From positions 75,640,001-75,704,000 of the forward strand of contig JBNRSN020000020.1 of assembly GCA_051313645.2 (NCBI GenBank): 64,000 bases of DNA. Direction: 5' to 3'. Source of the stretch: Centroscyllium fabricii (taxonomy: Eukaryota). Positions 61,557-64,000 of the stretch are shown piece by piece; within the stretch, counting starts at the first letter, position 1; every line of letters begins with the position of its first letter. Both the position numbers and the translations under genes were made by a program. The notes beneath the pieces are model-generated. The model did not search any database. It was given only the letters and a program-made list of their open reading frames with translations, and was not told the DNA's origin.

Positions 61557-61892
61557 CAGGTACACAACCCCTCACCCGCAACTCCAAAAACCGAAAAGTT
61601 CCAAAAACCGAACTCCAGGGTTGCGCCAAAATAACCATTTTTTTTCTTAAGCTGCAGCAGAAAAAATATGTTTTTACCTTGATTTCGTGCTGTTGATGCC
61701 GTGCTGAGGAAAAAAATGGCCGATCTCCCATTCCAAACGGCCGATACGCCGTTCCCCGACTGCGAGCTGGGCCGCAAACACGCCAATGCGCATGCGATCT
61801 GCGCATGCGCAATGGGCCAACTCTAAAAACCGAAATCCGAAAACCGAGACCCGCCCGATCCCGAGGTATTCGGATAAAGGGTTGTGTACCTG
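61557..61892. mobile_element. Tc1/mariner-like MITE (distinct family)
   Basis: TIRs CAGGTACACAACCC / GGGTTGTGTACCTG, with TA on the right and CA on the left. Confidence 0.7.
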
Positions 61893-62941
61893 TACAAGTG
61901 CTTGGCTTCAATTGGCTTCTGCATTTCCTACATTACAACAGTGACTACACTCCAAAAAGCACTTCATTGGCTGTAAAGCATTTTGGGATGTCCGATGGTT
62001 GTGATAGGCGCTATATAAATGCACATCTTTCTTTGTAATTTGCAGGCTTATTTGCATCACTTCTATCTTGTTTTTATTAGCAGAGCGAAACCTGAGCGAC
62101 CCTTCCCAGGATAAAATCCGATTTAGCAGCTGCCTCTTCCCCAGCAAGTGAAAATTGATCTTAAAGGAGCTGCATTCTGCTGGAAAACATGACTCATTGG
62201 GTGTGTCTGAAATAATTTAACGTTGTCTAAGCATTTAGAACTTCAATCTTAAAACACCCAGATTGTGCAAGATATATGAGCTCAGCTCGCAAATGTGTCA
62301 AGTGACATCATTCCACTCCAACATCTGGTGCGTGTGCGTAGCTTTGAAAAGCATTTCTATCCAGCAAGCCAATAGTATGTTTGTAATGGTGCCACATTCA
62401 CAGTGGTTAGGTTAGGATGAAAGGGATAGGATGTTTTAGAATCTCTTGCTGTCTCCAACACATGACTGTAATATTAGAACATAAGAATTAGGAGCAGGAG
62501 TAGGCCATACGGCCCCTTCGAGCCTGCTCCACCATTCAATGAGATCATGGCTGATCTTCTACCCCAACTCCAAAGGGCTGTGGATGCTGAATCATTGAAT
62601 ATATTCGAGGCTGAGATGGAGAGAGTTTTGGACTCTGGGGGAATCAAGGGATATGGGGGATTGGGTGGGAAAGTGGCGTTGAGGTCGAAGATCAGCCATG
62701 ATTTATTGAATGGTGGCGCAGGCTTGAGGGGCCCTATGGCCCACTCCTGATCCCAATTCTTATGTTCCACTTTCCCACCCTATCCCAATGATTCTCTTCG
62801 TGTCCAAAATTTTATTGAGAATTGAATTTTCTTCAAAAATTCTGTTCAGCCAATACATAGTTGCCAACCATCCTCGATTCTTTGCAATTGTTCAGGAATT
62901 GGTTCCTTGTATTCTGGGTCCAGAAAGGCTTATGCCAGTAC

Positions 62942-63150
62942 TTGCAGGTTAGGTGAATTGGAGATACTAAAAATTGCCCATGAATATGTGTGTGAGATAT
63001 AGTTCTTAGAGTTGGGGGTGTCGGGGGATATGGGGAGAGGGTAGGAGGGGGTTGCTGGGTTTGGATGATCAGCCATGATCTCGTCAAAATGGCGGAGCAG
63101 GCTCGAAGGGCCGAATGGCCTACTCCTGCTCCTATCTTCTGTGTTTCTGT
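62942..63150 (+). mobile_element. V-SINE variant, 5'-truncated
   Basis: Matches 33280-33481 and the reverse complement of 4924-5125. Confidence 0.75.
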
Positions 63151-64000
63151 GTTACTTAATTTGCATAAAGGTGCTTTGCAGGTCAGGTATGCCTCTGCCA
63201 AATGTGGTCTAAAGCTACCTTCACTCATTCAAGCAATGTGTCTCAGCACGAACTTTAGAAGAGCACCTTGCCACCACACCCCCCCCCCCCCCCCACACCC
63301 CCCGCTGCCCTTCCCCCCAATCAGGGCTGGCCTTAGCAATTGCGGGGCCCAATTTGGACCAAGAAGTGAAGTACTGCGAGCAGGGTGTAACCAAAGCACT
63401 ATGATATTACACATCACACAGGGCTGGCTAAACTTAAGTCAGCGCCCAGTATGATACCTTAGCATCATTGTGAAAGTAAAGTGATCCAGATCTCCTTCAA
63501 GGTTGCTATAATTAGTCATGTTGTGCATGACTGCTCCATGCCTGCATTTCTACCCTAGATTAATTATTGATTGGTGCCTTTTTGCAGCTCAAAAGAATAA
63601 GACACAGGTTTGGTTTGAAGGTGTTAGAGTTTTGAGTATGGACTTTCAAGTAATGAGTGCGGGGCCCCTTGTGGGCGCGGGGCCCCATTGGGTCAAATAG
63701 GTTCAATTGGCCTAAGGCCGGCCCTGCCCCCAATGTTGATCTTTTCACTTCCCAAACCAGCAATCCTTACACTCTGCCTTAAGGCCCTTTTGTAGTGCAG
63801 AGTGTTTAATGTTGATAAAATACAAAAGTGTTCTGTTCACTAATCTTCCTCCCGAGATTAGGACAAAAAATGCCATCTCATTTGGAGTACAACATGAGCA
63901 TGTCAGTCATCTTCAGGTGACCCTATACTAACCACAAGCAACAAAATATTATGTTTAAGCACATTAAATGCTATCTTTGGGGAACATGGCCTAAGAATGT

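Overview
This is eukaryotic DNA, almost entirely repeats. The SINE/LINE inventory (HE1-like V-SINEs with CR1/HER1 tails, SacSINE1-like Deu-SINEs) points to a cartilaginous fish, probably a shark. No host gene could be identified with confidence. The main features are three full-length Gypsy/Ty3 LTR retrotransposons: element 1 (12464-17122, +), element A (22598-32581, -), and a very young element B (25262-30299, -) nested inside A. There are also four solo LTRs, Penelope-like fragments with minimal hammerhead ribozymes, decayed Harbinger transposons with their MITEs, Tc1/mariner-like MITEs, and CR1, L2 and Rex1 LINE fragments. The most interesting signal is in the three Gypsy elements. None has a tRNA primer-binding site. 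Instead the 12-15 nt after the 5' LTR are the exact reverse complement of the LTR's own poly(A)-signal segment, and the two sides co-vary across the three families. All three also carry YLDN in place of YxDD in the RT and a conserved hairpin over the polypurine tract. Together these suggest a recently active, tRNA-independent (self-priming) retrotransposon lineage. Family names come from my own pattern recognition, not database searches.
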